Source: Epiperipatus broadwayi
Taxonomy: Eukaryota; Animalia; Onychophora
Length of the DNA stretch: 64,000 bases
Direction of reading: 5' to 3'
NCBI GenBank assembly: GCA_028023455.1
Contig: JAQFVV010000001.1
Coordinates: forward strand, 27,404,001-27,468,000
Of this stretch, positions 1 through 13,598 are shown in pieces (the stretch's first letter is position 1; each line of letters starts with the position of its first letter). The notes below the pieces were generated by a model, which was not told the DNA's origin, did not search any database, and saw nothing but the letters and a program-made list of their open reading frames with translations. The translations under genes and the position numbers were made by a program.

Positions 1-1911
1 CTTTAGTGTATATAAATATAATGGATCATAAAGGTCAGATTTCACCATTATTGTTAAAAGGTTGTCTTGACAACAGATTGTGATTGTTTATTGTTATTGA
101 TATTGGGATTGTCTAAGAGTTGACTAATTTTAATGATTATTTATAAACCCATTTAGCCTTGAGCATTATTACACTTAATATATACATATTTGGAAATCCT
201 TAGTAAGCATTTTAGATAGAGCTTAAAAATAGATTCACAAATAAATTCTAAGGATTTATATAGTTTAAATAGTGAAATGAATTTTGGAAGCTACAAGTAA
301 AGTTCTTGATCAAAATATTTAATGTTCATGTTATGATAAACAGATTAAATTTTCAAAATGAATTGTGCTGAATGAAGAGAATGATATACCAACATTCATT
401 TTTTTGCAATAATGTCCAAAGAACCATTGAAGAAGAAAAATGTTTAAAAAACTCCCCCAAAAGAATCTAAATGTAGGAAAATATTACTGCTGGAAAAGTG
501 ATTGTAAAAATAGTTCAAAAGTTTTTTTTTTATTTTTTTGATATGTTTTTTTTTGTGTTGAATTTGACAAAAGGGAAGTGAATTCAGTAAATGTAATTGA
601 AAGCCCAGATATATTTTCTCCTGATTTGAAATAGGCAGTTTCATATATGAAAAATAAAAGTAGTTTGGAAAATATGGTTCAATAATAGAAAGGGCCAAAA
701 ATGTTGATGAATTGATATTAGCAATTGTTTCGAAGATGCTAAACCCCCCCCTAACATTCTCAACAACTAATATGCACTCAAGACTCTTATATTGTATATA
801 CAATTTAGTATGCTAATTTAGTATACATAAGTTGTACTATATCTAACAAATTAATAAATCTGAATTTTTGATTAATGAATTTATGAAGTTTAATTAAATA
901 CATTTTGCAATATATAAAATGGATTTACCTGTAATTAACATGACCTGTAGTAATGTATTTTCTAATAATAAAACAATTTATAGATTTCTAATTGAAAATT
1001 GTTATGAAAGTTAACTGAAAGTACTTCTTCATTTGATAATAGTTATTTGTAAGATTTTTTAATCCTTTTAATACATTATGTTATTGTTATTCCAATAATC
1101 TATAGTGGATATTTTATTTATTCCCCAATATGCAATTAAATATCCATAAATAGATATTTTTAATTTCACTTTTTAAAATTAAATGTAGGCTGTTAGATTA
1201 ATTTATTTTTCTTTATAATTATAATACATATATCAACCTAAAGTGTATTGTTTAATAATTATCTATCTATCTCTATATATAGTTTTATAGATTTATGCAT
1301 TAAATATCATGTTTATATTTATTTAAACAAACTTGGAGAGATGTAGAACACTAAATACAGTGCACTGTATGTTAGTTCTTTGGTTACTATTCTATATAAA
1401 AAAACTGACAAATCATTCTGCAGTATTTATCCATTTTAAGAAAACTTCTCATCAATTATCACAAATACTAATTATTGTTCATGCAAATATAGCAACTGTT
1501 AGTCTTATATTAATAATACTAAATTCATCATCTTGATATTAAAATATGAATAATCAATGCACAGTTTTTTATTGTGGTCAAACACTAACCAAGACAGTTA
1601 TATAAATTCACTCTATTGATAACTCTTATTTGGTTAAATTGAAATGGGATGATTAAATATTATACAATTGAATATTATTTGCTTTAATATCAATTTGGCT
1701 GATTCATTTTTGTTAACAAGATAATTGCTTTATTTGGATGGGCAATTGGTGATGCTTTAGATAGCTTATAAGAAAAGTTTTTTGAAATGTATATAAGTAT
1801 TGAGAAATTAATTTTTTTAAAATATAGAATGTGATTGCAGTTTACATCATTCCAAGTTTGTTTACATGTACAAAAGTAAGTTAAACTTAATTATATATAT
1901 GTTCTTTTTAG

Positions 1912-1984
1912 CCAGGGCATTTTTTGGGGCATTTAATTGGTCACGAAGGTCCAGGAAGTCTTTTGTCAGAACTCAAAGCTAAAG
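1912..1984 (+). CDS. IDE: Internal coding exon of insulin-degrading enzyme (insulysin, M16A), 73 nt, phase 0 to phase 1
   Basis: tttttag|CCA GGG CAT...GCT AAA G|gtaaaa translates [24 protein letters not shown](G), nearly identical to the recalled human IDE segment [29 protein letters not shown] splice sites are canonical. Confidence 0.96.
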
Positions 1985-4347
1985 GTAAAAAAAAAAAACC
2001 CATTAGTTTATGTATATATAGTAGATATGTATTATGTGTATTTATAATATATATATACACATGCGTAGGTATGCATAAATATCCTGTTCATATAAAAGTT
2101 TAATATATATTTTTATATGTAGATATATTATTTTAAATTAGAGTAAATTTTGTTTTTGTTAAGTAAATAAAAGTTCTGACTTAAAATATGAAAAAGTATG
2201 ATACATTAATGAAAAAAAAAATCTTCACATATAAATGACAGGTATAATAGCTTAATATTAATAGTGAAATAAATATATTAATAAATTTTTATTGGATATA
2301 AAAATCACAGTAATTAATAATTTATTCAAAAAGAATTAATAATATATGTGGAAGAAATAATCTTAAGTTAAACATTATTTCTTGACCAAAGTAAAACATG
2401 TTAAGTGTTTGAACTTGAGTAATTAGAAAATCTTTTATGAAAGTGAATATAACAAAATTCTCATAGTAAAAAAAATAATTATGAGAATATATAGAAAGAA
2501 ATATATGTATTTTTAAAAAAAATCAAAAGAAAGAAAATCTTTATTGATAGGAATACCCAAGTTTTTATCATAAATTTTATTAGATTTTTGGTTTGAATAA
2601 TAATAAAATAAAAATAATTTATAGTGAATATTAGGAATCATTAAAATTAAAAAAATGTAAATTTAATTTATCAAAAACTATTGATAAATAGAACATTTAT
2701 TAGAGGTAAGCGCTTTTAAAGTTTAAGATGTTTTATTGTTTTTTTTTAAATCTTTTGATTAGGCTATATTTGAAATAGTCATAGACTGCTATTTGCAAAA
2801 TATTATTTTTAATATATGAATGAGTTTAATTTAATAGACAAATATATATTCTATATTATTATTGTCTGTGAAATGATGTTTTAGATGTGGAATTGAAAAT
2901 TCAAAAAAGATTTTTTTCATATTGCTAAAGATTTATACTTTACTTGACCACTTTTACATATTTTTAAGAAATTGTTTTTAAAAATTGAATAATCCCATAT
3001 GACATAATTTTTGTAAGTACATCAGAAAAAAATAATGATTTTATAAAAATAAAGACTCTTGAAAATATCATTTACAATTAATAAAATAAACAAGTGGATT
3101 TTTTACCAAATGTCCAATTTGAAATTGAATTATTTTTGTCATATTATGAGTTTATATTATTGATTATAAGGATCTATAATGCTTGAAAAAATTGAGAGGA
3201 AAGAAAAAGATAATCAGTTGTGGATTGGATGAAATCCGCCATCAATAATAATTATAACTGAGAATTATGAAAAACAAATAGATTGTATGTTGTTCTGGAG
3301 AAATATCATTCACATGATCGGCAAGAATCAGTGTTGTCTTGATAGCAACTAATAATATGAGTACCAGATATGCAGTAGAAATTCTATTAAATAGATACAT
3401 TTTGTAAATAAGACTACTGAAAAAATTGCATCAACTTCCCACAAGAATTTCTTAAAAAGTTTTCAATTATTTTTTGCTTCATGCATACATTAAAATTTAA
3501 TGAAAAAGTGTTCTAGATAATTATTAAAAATGACCAGATATATTATAAAGTTGAAGTAGCTTTAAATGAAATGTTGGTATCATTTCAACTAAATAGAATA
3601 GTATAAAACTTATATTTATTAAATCTTATCATACAGCTAATAATTTTAATATTTAAAAATAAACCTCAAAATTCTCTTAAATCATTAAAAATAAAATGAG
3701 AAATTTAAAAACTTTGTCAAATCAAAGCATCTTATTTTTTACTTTAAACATTTGCATTAGAAGCAGTATTTATTTTATTTCCTCTTCCATAGCCATCTAT
3801 CATAAAAGTGAATAATCAATGAATTCTAGATAGTAGTATTATAACCATATACCCATATTAATTTCTGATTATTGACCCTTTTCTGTGACGAGCATTGATT
3901 ATGTATTTATGTATATAGCATCATTCCTATTGTTTTTTTTTTTTTTTGGTACTATTCCAGCTAATAATTTTAAATTAAAAAACACCCTTCAATTTTAAAT
4001 CCAGACTAACTTACTATTGTAGATATATAGATCTAATGTCAGCCCAGCAATTAGTATTTTATAGATCTCATTTTTATTCTAGCTCTCTTTGGAAATGATT
4101 TATTATCCAGAGGTTAGCAAATTTTATATTAAAAAGAGCACTTCAAATAACAGATTTATGATAAAGAGAATTACTTTGATTCTGAATGATGGGGGAGCTA
4201 TGAGTTATATTTATTTTGAAATATACATATTTTAATAATCTATGAAATTAATTTATAGAGAGGACAAATAAAATAGACAAATAATAAATAGCTGAAATAA
4301 GATTGAGTGAATTGCTTTAATATAAAATATTTAAAACATATTGTGTA

Positions 4348-4414
4348 CAGTAATTATTATCAGAAGGAAAAATAAATATCAGTAATTATTATCAGAAGGA
4401 AAAATAAATATCAG
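4348..4414. repeat. 32-bp tandem duplication
   Basis: cagtaattattatcagaaggaaaaataaatat occurs twice, identical. Confidence 0.9.
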
Positions 4415-6819
4415 ATAATGGAAGAAATTTAATTAATACAAGTTAAAATACTAATTAAATTTACAGAGGCAAGATTAAACTGATAATGCACCTACTATCC
4501 GGATTTTTACCAATGAGCTTAGTTACTCCAGAAATAAAAAAAACTGCAAGAAAAAAAGCAACACATGTTTTGGGAAGTAGTGATTCTAAGATATAGCTTT
4601 GAAATATCAGCATTTAGTTGCTCACTTTTACATTTGTTGGTGAAGAAAACATTAAAACATAATTGGTTATCTTAAGTCATCTTATTCATAATCAAGCAAG
4701 TAACTAGAATTTTTATAAGAATTGTTCAGTTGTGTTTGGTATTTGTATTTTAAGTATTTCATTCTTGGAAAAAAGTGATTTACAAAAATATTCAAACCAC
4801 AGTAAGAGAGAATTTTAGAATGCATTTTAAAAATAAAGAATAGCTATATTCATTAAACAAATTCCAAAATATGTCATTCTGTTGTGATATAAATTTATTT
4901 TAGTTTTTACATTTATAATCTACAAACATGTCAAATACTTCACAGATTAAGCACAACCAATATACAACTAAATTGCTGTTATTTTGAGTATACAGCAGAA
5001 AGACAATCGATGTGACAAAGAGAAAAACTGCTGAATGCATCCATCTTGAAAAGATTGAAGCTTGACCTGTTACATCAGCATATTAGCAGCAGGCACATTA
5101 AAAATGCTTCTGCAAGAATTTTGGCAGGGCGCCCATGAATTGTTTACATTCAACATTTAAGTCTTGCTTGTATAAACTTGAAAATTTTTTTCAGGTTCTG
5201 ATTTAGCTTGGGATTTTTTTTTCAAATAAATAGCATTTAAGTAACCACTATTGATTGATAAAATGAGTATCTCACTATTCTTAGATAAAATAAGAATGGA
5301 AAATTGATCCTCCATCTGGCATTTGGAAAACATGGATTACTAATACTTTTCATTCATTCTTTCTATAAAGAACTGTTGGAGAAGTCTTTATCTTGTAGTA
5401 TGCTATTTAAATATTGTTTTATATTTTTTACTCTACTTCAAAATTATTTTTCATATGTTTGGAAAAATTATTGTGAAATACTTCATTTGCATCTACACAT
5501 CAACTTTCTATATATATAAATATTTATTCTAACTAATAACTTGATATTGAAAAATTTTCTAAAGTTTTGAATTTGCTCACATAAATATATAGATTTAGCA
5601 TTAGGAAAGCTAGTAATATATATTTCATTAACTCCAAATTTATTCTAACTTTAACTATCTTTGACTCTTTGGTAAGAATAGTATATAGAAATGAAAATGT
5701 ATGTGTTTCACTGAAGAAGATCAATAACTGGAAACTTATGTGAGGATTAGATTATAACAATGCTATCTTGTCAAACTTATGGTGAATATGTTGTACGTAA
5801 GCAAAGAGAAAATTATCTGATACATTTTTGGTATATACCATCCTTGGCAAATAATTTGCTCAAAGATGTCTATAGTTGGCATAAATCTAAATTCATTAAA
5901 GAATATATTTGTAGATTTAGTATCAAAACTAAATATCTAATCCAATTTAACTAAGGAAATCAACTTGGGTTTAAAATCTTAGAATGTTGTTGAATTTCAA
6001 GTCATTAGTTTAGTTAATGTACAATTAAAAATGGTAGATTCTAAATCTGTTTGCATTCATCTGTAAAAAGGGACAATAGTTAGAATTAGTCTGAGAATGT
6101 GGATGTACCATGATTATTCAAACTTATGATAAATAGCTTTGAAGTATAATAAATGAAGTGAATTAATGAAGATCTCAAATGTTTAAAGAAAACAATAAAG
6201 AAACTAAACAAGATAATTTCTAAATTAAAAAGATATATATTACTTGATGATTCTAAATATAAATAGATACTAATCTGATGAACATTGTTAAACTTGTTAA
6301 TATATAAAAATCTAATAACTTTGATTTATATAAATATATAAATATCTATTAAATAATAGATCTGTGTTAAATGATATTATTTACATAATGAAATTTATGT
6401 GAGATTTTATATAAAGAATTTTTCATAATATATAAAAAAGTTTTCAATTTATTATGTTTCATCATTATTAGTCATCTTCTGTAAAATTTTATTTTAAAAT
6501 ACCATATCTGAATTTTCCATGTTATTGTTCCATTGTTAAAATGTATATAATCATTGAGTTTAAGTTCATTTATTAAAATTTGTTCTGTTTTGCCCTTTTC
6601 CCTTTCATATGTCCATTCATTATTATTCTATCTCTCAAAATTATCCAATTACAATTTTTTTTTTTTAATTGTTTGAGTAAAACATTTTTTTGCCTAAAGT
6701 TTTTTTATATCTGCATTTCTAATTTTATCTATTTTTTTCACCCATGTTTTTTTCCTTTTTTAATAATGCAAGCTTCTGCTCAATACAGATATACTTTACA
6801 AATAAAATATAATAGAGAG

Positions 6820-7034
6820 CGTTACCTTAAAATTCAATAATCAAGAATTTAAGAACCTAGATTCGAATCACATGCTAGTACTGTCACTGGTCAGCCAGCA
6901 ACATCTGAAGAAGAGAGGAGAATACATCTCAAAACGTTGTGCATATACTAATCTGTTTAATGTGCTATTACTAATAGTTGAATCTATTTGGAATATTCAA
7001 ATAAAGTTAAATTTTTCTCAAGACATTCAATAGG
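6820..7034 (+). mobile_element. Solo 3' tail / pseudo-LTR of a Penelope-like element (family 1)
   Basis: Matches the reverse complement of 40363-40560 (the tail of the RT/GIY-YIG element) and 41485-41584, e.g. aacgttgtgcatatactaatctgt...aaataaagt...agacattcaata. Confidence 0.8.
6898..6945 (+). ncRNA. Decayed minimal type-I hammerhead ribozyme (PLE family 1)
   Basis: cat-CTGAAGA(6905-6911)-a-GAGA..TCTC (stem II)-aAAA (G12 to A)-CG-TT-gtg. The palindromic AACGTT helix III is typical of PLE hammerheads. Confidence 0.6.
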
Positions 7035-8627
7035 CATATTAAAATATAATAAGGTTGTTTTAAAATACATCATTGGACTATAAACTAAAATATTATTTTA
7101 TTAAAAATTTGTTATATTATTTTTCATTTTTACCATTATTGTTTAATTTTTTTTCTAAATATCTATAAGTAAAAAAACCTCTTGTGATTTTTAATCATCT
7201 TTTTTTTATTCTTTTACTAAAGATACCATAATTTATTACTGTATTTTATCTTTGAACATCCCCATTGCTCACTATTTGTTTTCCATAATTTTTTTTTTGT
7301 CTAAGTGCTATTCAAATTCCCATTTCATTTTTTACATATATATATATTGCCTACATTATGCATTTATTATTATTATTATTAAATTCATCATATTTTCTAA
7401 TTTGAGGAAGGAGGGATATTTATTTGAATTTTATAGCCCGCTTTATTTGTCATTGCCCAATTTTTTTCTATATAGTATTCATTGGTCATAAATTTATTTT
7501 TATATTTATTTTCTTAAAATGTGATAATTTTTTTAAAGTTCTTTTCATCATTTATTAAGTTCAGCTTCACTAACTCAAACAACATTTCATTTATCATCTC
7601 CAAATAACAATTTTAATTTACATTATTATATATATTTTCTTTTTTTGTAAACCATTTAGTCAAAAACATTTTCTGTTACATATGCAGATTCAATATGTAT
7701 CTACACCTTTTTTTAAAAAAAAGTGTTACAGAGTACAGTAAATAGATTTACTCTGATAAATCCTTTTTCAAGTACAATTAAACAAATATTAATCTTTTTT
7801 TTATTTATATATCTCTCAATTATAACTTTTGCAACTATTTGCATTTTTATTTCATTATTTTTTTTTTTTGCATCTAATCACACTTGCTCATACATGAAAG
7901 AATATTAAACCATATCTCTTCTGTTTGATATATTTAAATTAAAATTTTTTAATATGTATTTAGTTGCATGTGAAAACAAACAATTCATTTTTTTTTTTTT
8001 TAATGTGTTTTAGTGCATTAAGCCAGAGATGACAAAAATGTTAATTGTTATCTCCCAGTATATTATTTAGCTAGTAAAAACGTTTTCTATTGGAATTTTC
8101 TAGTTACTTTTTTTAAGATCTCAAACACTTTTTTTTAAGACTGATCTTGAGATCTTACTTTGAATCCATTCATAATTAATAAACAATAATGTTTATCTTC
8201 TTTGCCTCATATAAAAATATATATTAATTTTTTATTTGAAAAAAATATCTTCAATTAACAATATTTGGCTTTTAAGATTGCAAATAGTAATATAAGCCTA
8301 AATATTCCATCTACTAGGTGCAGCAAACTATTTAAAAAATAGTATTTAGATGGTCAATAACATAATGTTTTTATATTTTTTATTTTAAGATAATGTTCAT
8401 TAGATGTAGATTTTTTAATTTCATAAGTTTTAATTAGTAGTTTAATTTCTGAAATAAACTATAGTTAAATCACAATCTGTTTAGTGCCTGTCTTAAATGA
8501 ATTTCATGGATTTTTTTTTTCTAATATCATGATTCATATGTTATTTTAGTTTTAATCAGTATTTAAATTTTTTTTATATTAATACATATAGTAAATTCCT
8601 TTAAATTAAACTAATATTTGTTTTTAG

Positions 8628-8720
8628 GCTGGGTTAATGCATTAGTAGGTGGGCAGAAAACTGGAGCTAAAGGATTTATGTTTTTTATTGTAAATGTTGA
8701 TCTTACAGAAGAAGGATTAG
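8628..8720 (+). CDS. IDE: Next internal coding exon of insulin-degrading enzyme, 93 nt, phase 1 to phase 1
   Basis: gtttttag|GC TGG GTT AAT...GGA TTA G|gtaaga. Joins the previous exon in frame (G+GC = Gly) and reads [31 protein letters not shown], versus recalled human [31 protein letters not shown]. Confidence 0.97.
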
Positions 8721-11700
8721 GTAAGACTACATGATTTATAATATGTGCATAAATTGACATGTATGCTAAGCTATATCTATGTGATTTAGGCTGTAAACTT
8801 ATCATAATTAAATTTGACAGATTTTTTATTTTAGTTTATTATGACTTTACAACTTAGTAAAACCTTTGATCCTGAAAAATATTAATATAGTGCTGCATGA
8901 TATATTCCGCCTATTGAAGCACTTATGTGTGCTATATTGGCTTTTTTTTCTTCTAAATTTTTAATTTGATATTACTGTTTATTTGAATGAAATAATTATT
9001 TGAATATTTTTTTTCCTTTATGCTCTTAATAATAGCAAAAATGAATTGTAGATATTTAAAAAGTAATTCAGTACAGTGCAATATTAATTAAACACAAATT
9101 AGTTAGTATTTTATTAAATAATGTTATTTTAAAAAAAAAAAAAAGAATAAATAAATTTGAATTTATTAATTATTTTGTTAATGAATAGTATTGTTTTTTT
9201 TTTTTTTTTGTGATCTTTTTAAATATTTTGTCAAAATAAAACTATTTTCTATGTTTTGATATTTTTTAGAATAATTTTTTTTTAAGCAACTATTATTTTT
9301 TTTCCATTAACAATTCATATTTATATATATATATGAAATAATGTTTACAAATGTTTAATAAAAGAAGTACCACATTTATTACTTTATATCAATAATTATT
9401 TTATAGGATTTATTTACAAAAGTTTATAAATAGGATCTTTTACAAGTGATTGATAAAAAAATTGTGTATAAATATATTAAAAACTAAAAATTAAAAGAAA
9501 TATTAAAGTATTTATTTAAAACGATAATTATAAATAAAGAAAAATATGATTATTACTGTAAAACAAGAATAAAACTAAATTTGTATGTTTATTTGAAAAT
9601 ATTCATAAAGGCTGATATAAAAATTTTTTTTTTCCCCAATAATTTTCTATTTTTATAATCAGTAAAGACTGATACTTGCCTTTGAGAGTACTTATCATAT
9701 TGTATATCAAATTATACTTTTTGTGCATCATAATGACACATAAAAGGTCTTGATTGGTTAAAAGTTCATGAATTTTAAAGTTTGATTTACCATCTTGATT
9801 TGGATTTCTTTTACAAACATATTTGCTTAGGAAATAGCTTGTAAATGAGTAATTGATAACTATAAAGAGGAATAAAAAATATTTACATTTATTATAAACG
9901 ATTTAGATGATTTTTTCAGTAGCTTCATATAAATTACGTGACAACATATATACTTAACAGAATTTGGAAAGATTGATAGATTATTGCTAATCTTTGATGA
10001 TTTTGTTTTATTCTTAATTAACAGATAACTATTATTTGGTAAATTAATTTTGAAATGTGAAACTCACTTGTTTATCTAGGAAAAATGTGAAATTTATTGA
10101 AACTTAGCATGTTCTGAACAATCTCATGCAAAGAATTTAACATTTTCATTGCGACTGAACTAACTATAACTAGGATGTATTATCTGCACATTCTGTATCA
10201 TTGCTAAAATAAAATGATAGTGTAATTGAGTTCAGCTTTTAATAAAATGATGCCATATTATATTTTCAGCATGAAATGCGCTATTATCTGAATACTTAAT
10301 CTCAGCATTGGATTGGATATACAAAAGAGGTAGATTATTATGAATGATTTTTTATTTCCCAGTTATTTTTATAATGTAACTACATAAATAATGTATTTAT
10401 TTTGATTTTTTTCTTTTCATATTCATTGACTATGTTATTAAGCATTTTTTTTGAGTTCATGCTCAGAAGATTATAGCTGAAACCATAATAATATTGCAAA
10501 ATGTCGTAATGTAACCTTTTGAAATTTTTTTAAATTTGAAAGTTTTGGTTTTCTTATTTAATTTTTTAGGACTGTACATATTCTGTAACATTTGAAATCT
10601 TCACAGAGATCATGTAAGCCAATTAGAGATATTCTGAAATAGATAATGTATGTATATCTACATACTCTATAGCATGTATTTCTACATATTTAAAAGTATG
10701 TTCGTATAGATCATAATGATATTAAAGATAAATATTATATTAAAACTAGCAGAATTAGGGAAATTTTTATACATACGAGTTTTATTTTGTAGCCTTTATC
10801 TCATAGTAATAAATTATCTGATTTGTTGCTTATTTTGCATTTATTATAGCAAAAAAAAAAAAAAATAGTTGTTTGAAAATTAACATGTAATAGTATAAAA
10901 TTTATTAGTGACTAATTTATTTTATGCCCTATGAAAATAAATTGGCATTTGATATTGGAACCGTTATATGTCTTTCTGTCTTATGTTTTATTGACTGGAA
11001 TTGTCTGTCACTACTTATATTGATTTAAATACAATCATTCTTAAACAGTTAATTATATATAAGAATATATATGTAAATAAATTATTAACCATTGTTTAAA
11101 ATATCAAGTCACATTATCAATCGATGCTAGTTTAAATGTTAGTTGATGAGTAATTTGTTTATATAATTGCTAATTTAATGATAGCATATTTGTTTTTATA
11201 TATTTAAATTAATTGTATTGTAAATTTTTAGGAACAAATTTTCATGATGCATTGTTAGTCTTTTATAATAAATTATCGGCTGATGGCAGATCGAGATAGC
11301 AAGATCATATAATAAGACATTCAACAAGGATAACATTTACCATTTGGTGTTTAATTCATTCTAGCATGTTATTTTTACTGATAACAAAAAGTTCTGATAT
11401 TAGATTATAAAATAATGGAACTACATTATTAAGATATCATCATCATAAATGGTTATGGCCATTTTCACTTCAGAAAAAAAAAAAAAATTGCAAAAGATAA
11501 AGAAAGACAACAAAGTTACCATATAGGCTTGAGCATTATTACACTTATTATTTAAATAATACTTTGAATGCAATTTTTTACAATGACTATACAAGTCAAT
11601 TCAAGAAGTACAAATATGATCATATGTATCATATCTTAGTCTTAATGTTTGTTTATTTGATTATTTGTTATGTTGTTTTTTAACTTCTATAGCAAAGTTT

Positions 11701-13110
11701 TTTACCTTCTGAAAACTTCAACATTTGGCTTAATTGTAACTCTATTGTAGACTATTCTCAGCCATATTCCTCTAATAAAAGTAAATGATATTATCCTTTT
11801 TGCAATATAAGCATTTCTCTTGAAAATGCTCAAATTCACCATAAAATATTTTTGGGAAATCTTTTAGGTTCATAACACTTAATCCAATAAAGATGTTTAA
11901 AATTTTAGTTTTAAATATGTATGACAAGATAGATACTTTACTTTTGATAAGAGTCGTGATAGTGGTGTAATAATAAAATAGCTTCCATTTATTTACATAA
12001 AGATTAATAAAGGTGGATTTATTTTAACAAGCTTAATTGTTATTTAATGTTTAATTTAATAATCAGAAAATAATAAATTCTTTACAACAGAAATATAAAC
12101 ATCAAAATTTTTTTATGCATTAAAAGCCTTTTTCAGCACTTAAAAAATGTTTAATTGACTATTAGAATAATTGCTGCTGACAGTGGTTGCAGTTTATATT
12201 GATTATATTAACTATTGTAAAAAACTTCATGTTAAGTATGTATACATACTAAATATGTTTTGTATTTAAACAGTCCATCTGAAAATATATTAAGGTAGTT
12301 AGTTATAAATATTGTATTAAAGTCAAATAATAATATTAGATATCACAGACATTGATTTATGATTTGCTTGTTTTTCTTTTAGAACATCTTATTCTAATAA
12401 TTCAATAATCAGAATTAATGAAAAATGTAGTATTTTTTATATATTAAAATGCATAACATATAAATATATAGAATTTTTATGGGTCAATGAAAATTTATTA
12501 TAAAGCAAAGCTCATAATATTATTCAAATATTAAATATAATGAAAAAGAAATTTAATGTCTATAATTTATTAATTTTCATGTTAATTTGAAAATTTATTG
12601 AAGTCTTTTTGATGTGTATATGCTAAATTTTCTGCCTGAAATCAGATAACTTGACAACAGAGTGCTAAAACCAAGGAATAATAGTTGATCATCATCAATG
12701 AGAGTTTATACCATTGCTTGCCATTCTCTTAACACAATTTATTTTAACTTTTTAATTTTAGAATTATATTAGAAACTTTCAGTAATCTGTTTAATCTCTG
12801 ATTTTCATTTCCACCACTTTAGTTATTTGCAATTGAAATAAAGTATTAAATGAAAAGGAAAAAAAATTAGAAAGTAATAGAAATCAAATTTTAATTTTTA
12901 TATTTAAATTATATATATATATACATTCATTTTCAACATTTATATGCAGTATGTACACATATATTGTGTTAAAAATGCAAATTATATAATGATATCCATG
13001 ATTTTTGATATTTGCACCAATATTTAGAATCAAATTATATGGATAGTTGGGGAAGAGGGAAATTGCTGTATATATATATTATTAATCTTTTTTAGAAAAC
13101 ATGATTGTAT

Positions 13111-13197
13111 TGATAATTTTAATAGAGAATATATTTTTTTAAAATGCTATTTTTGATAATTTTAATAGAGAATATATTTTTTTAAAATGCTATTTTT
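13111..13197. repeat. ~43-bp tandem duplication
   Basis: tgataattttaatagagaatatatttttttaaaatgctattttt occurs twice. Confidence 0.85.
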
Positions 13198-13598
13198 AGA
13201 ATTGATCATTTTGTATTATTTAAAACATTATTTATAATATATATTCATCATCGCACTAAGAATGATGTTATAGTTGGGCATCCCAGAAAAAAACACAGGA
13301 TCATATAACCCGATTACATGGTAATTCAGAAGCCTTCATCCCAGTTATTTATGAATTCAGTATTTTGTGCTTTCATTTATTTGTAAATATATGAATTATA
13401 AATGATTTATTATAATATGTATAAATGTGTACAAATAAAAAATGAATATTCTGTAATTTATTTTATAGTTTGACTTGTGAGAAAGTTAGTTCTTCATAAA
13501 AGCTAGACTATGAGCTAAATTATTAATTCCATTTTGATTTATTTATAAAAGAATAAACAAATATTTATTTATAAAGGAATAAATAAATAAATGCTATA

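Larger units (their letters stand above)
1985..8627 (+). other. IDE: IDE intron (6643 nt, GT-AG, phase 1)
   Basis: Lies between the two in-frame IDE exons; starts gtaaaa and ends tttttag. Confidence 0.92.

Noticed and set aside
444-803. 119-aa minus-strand ORF and the other F/I/L/Y/K-rich short ORFs in the track
   Set aside because: Low-complexity translations expected by chance in very AT-rich DNA; no motifs and no splice context.
1828-1875. Possible mini-exon with a gtaagt donor just upstream of the first IDE exon
   Set aside because: No IDE-like translation in any frame, and it would leave a 36-nt intron.
5706-5745. CTGAAGA...GAAA hammerhead-like spacing (also at 49888 and 50160)
   Set aside because: No convincing stem I/II combination or palindromic helix III; compatible with chance.
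11493-11519. KDKERQQSY, resembling IDE FRFKDKERPxSY
   Set aside because: Preceded by a poly-A run (KKKKIA) instead of FRF, has no suitable acceptor, and the preceding exon is missing.
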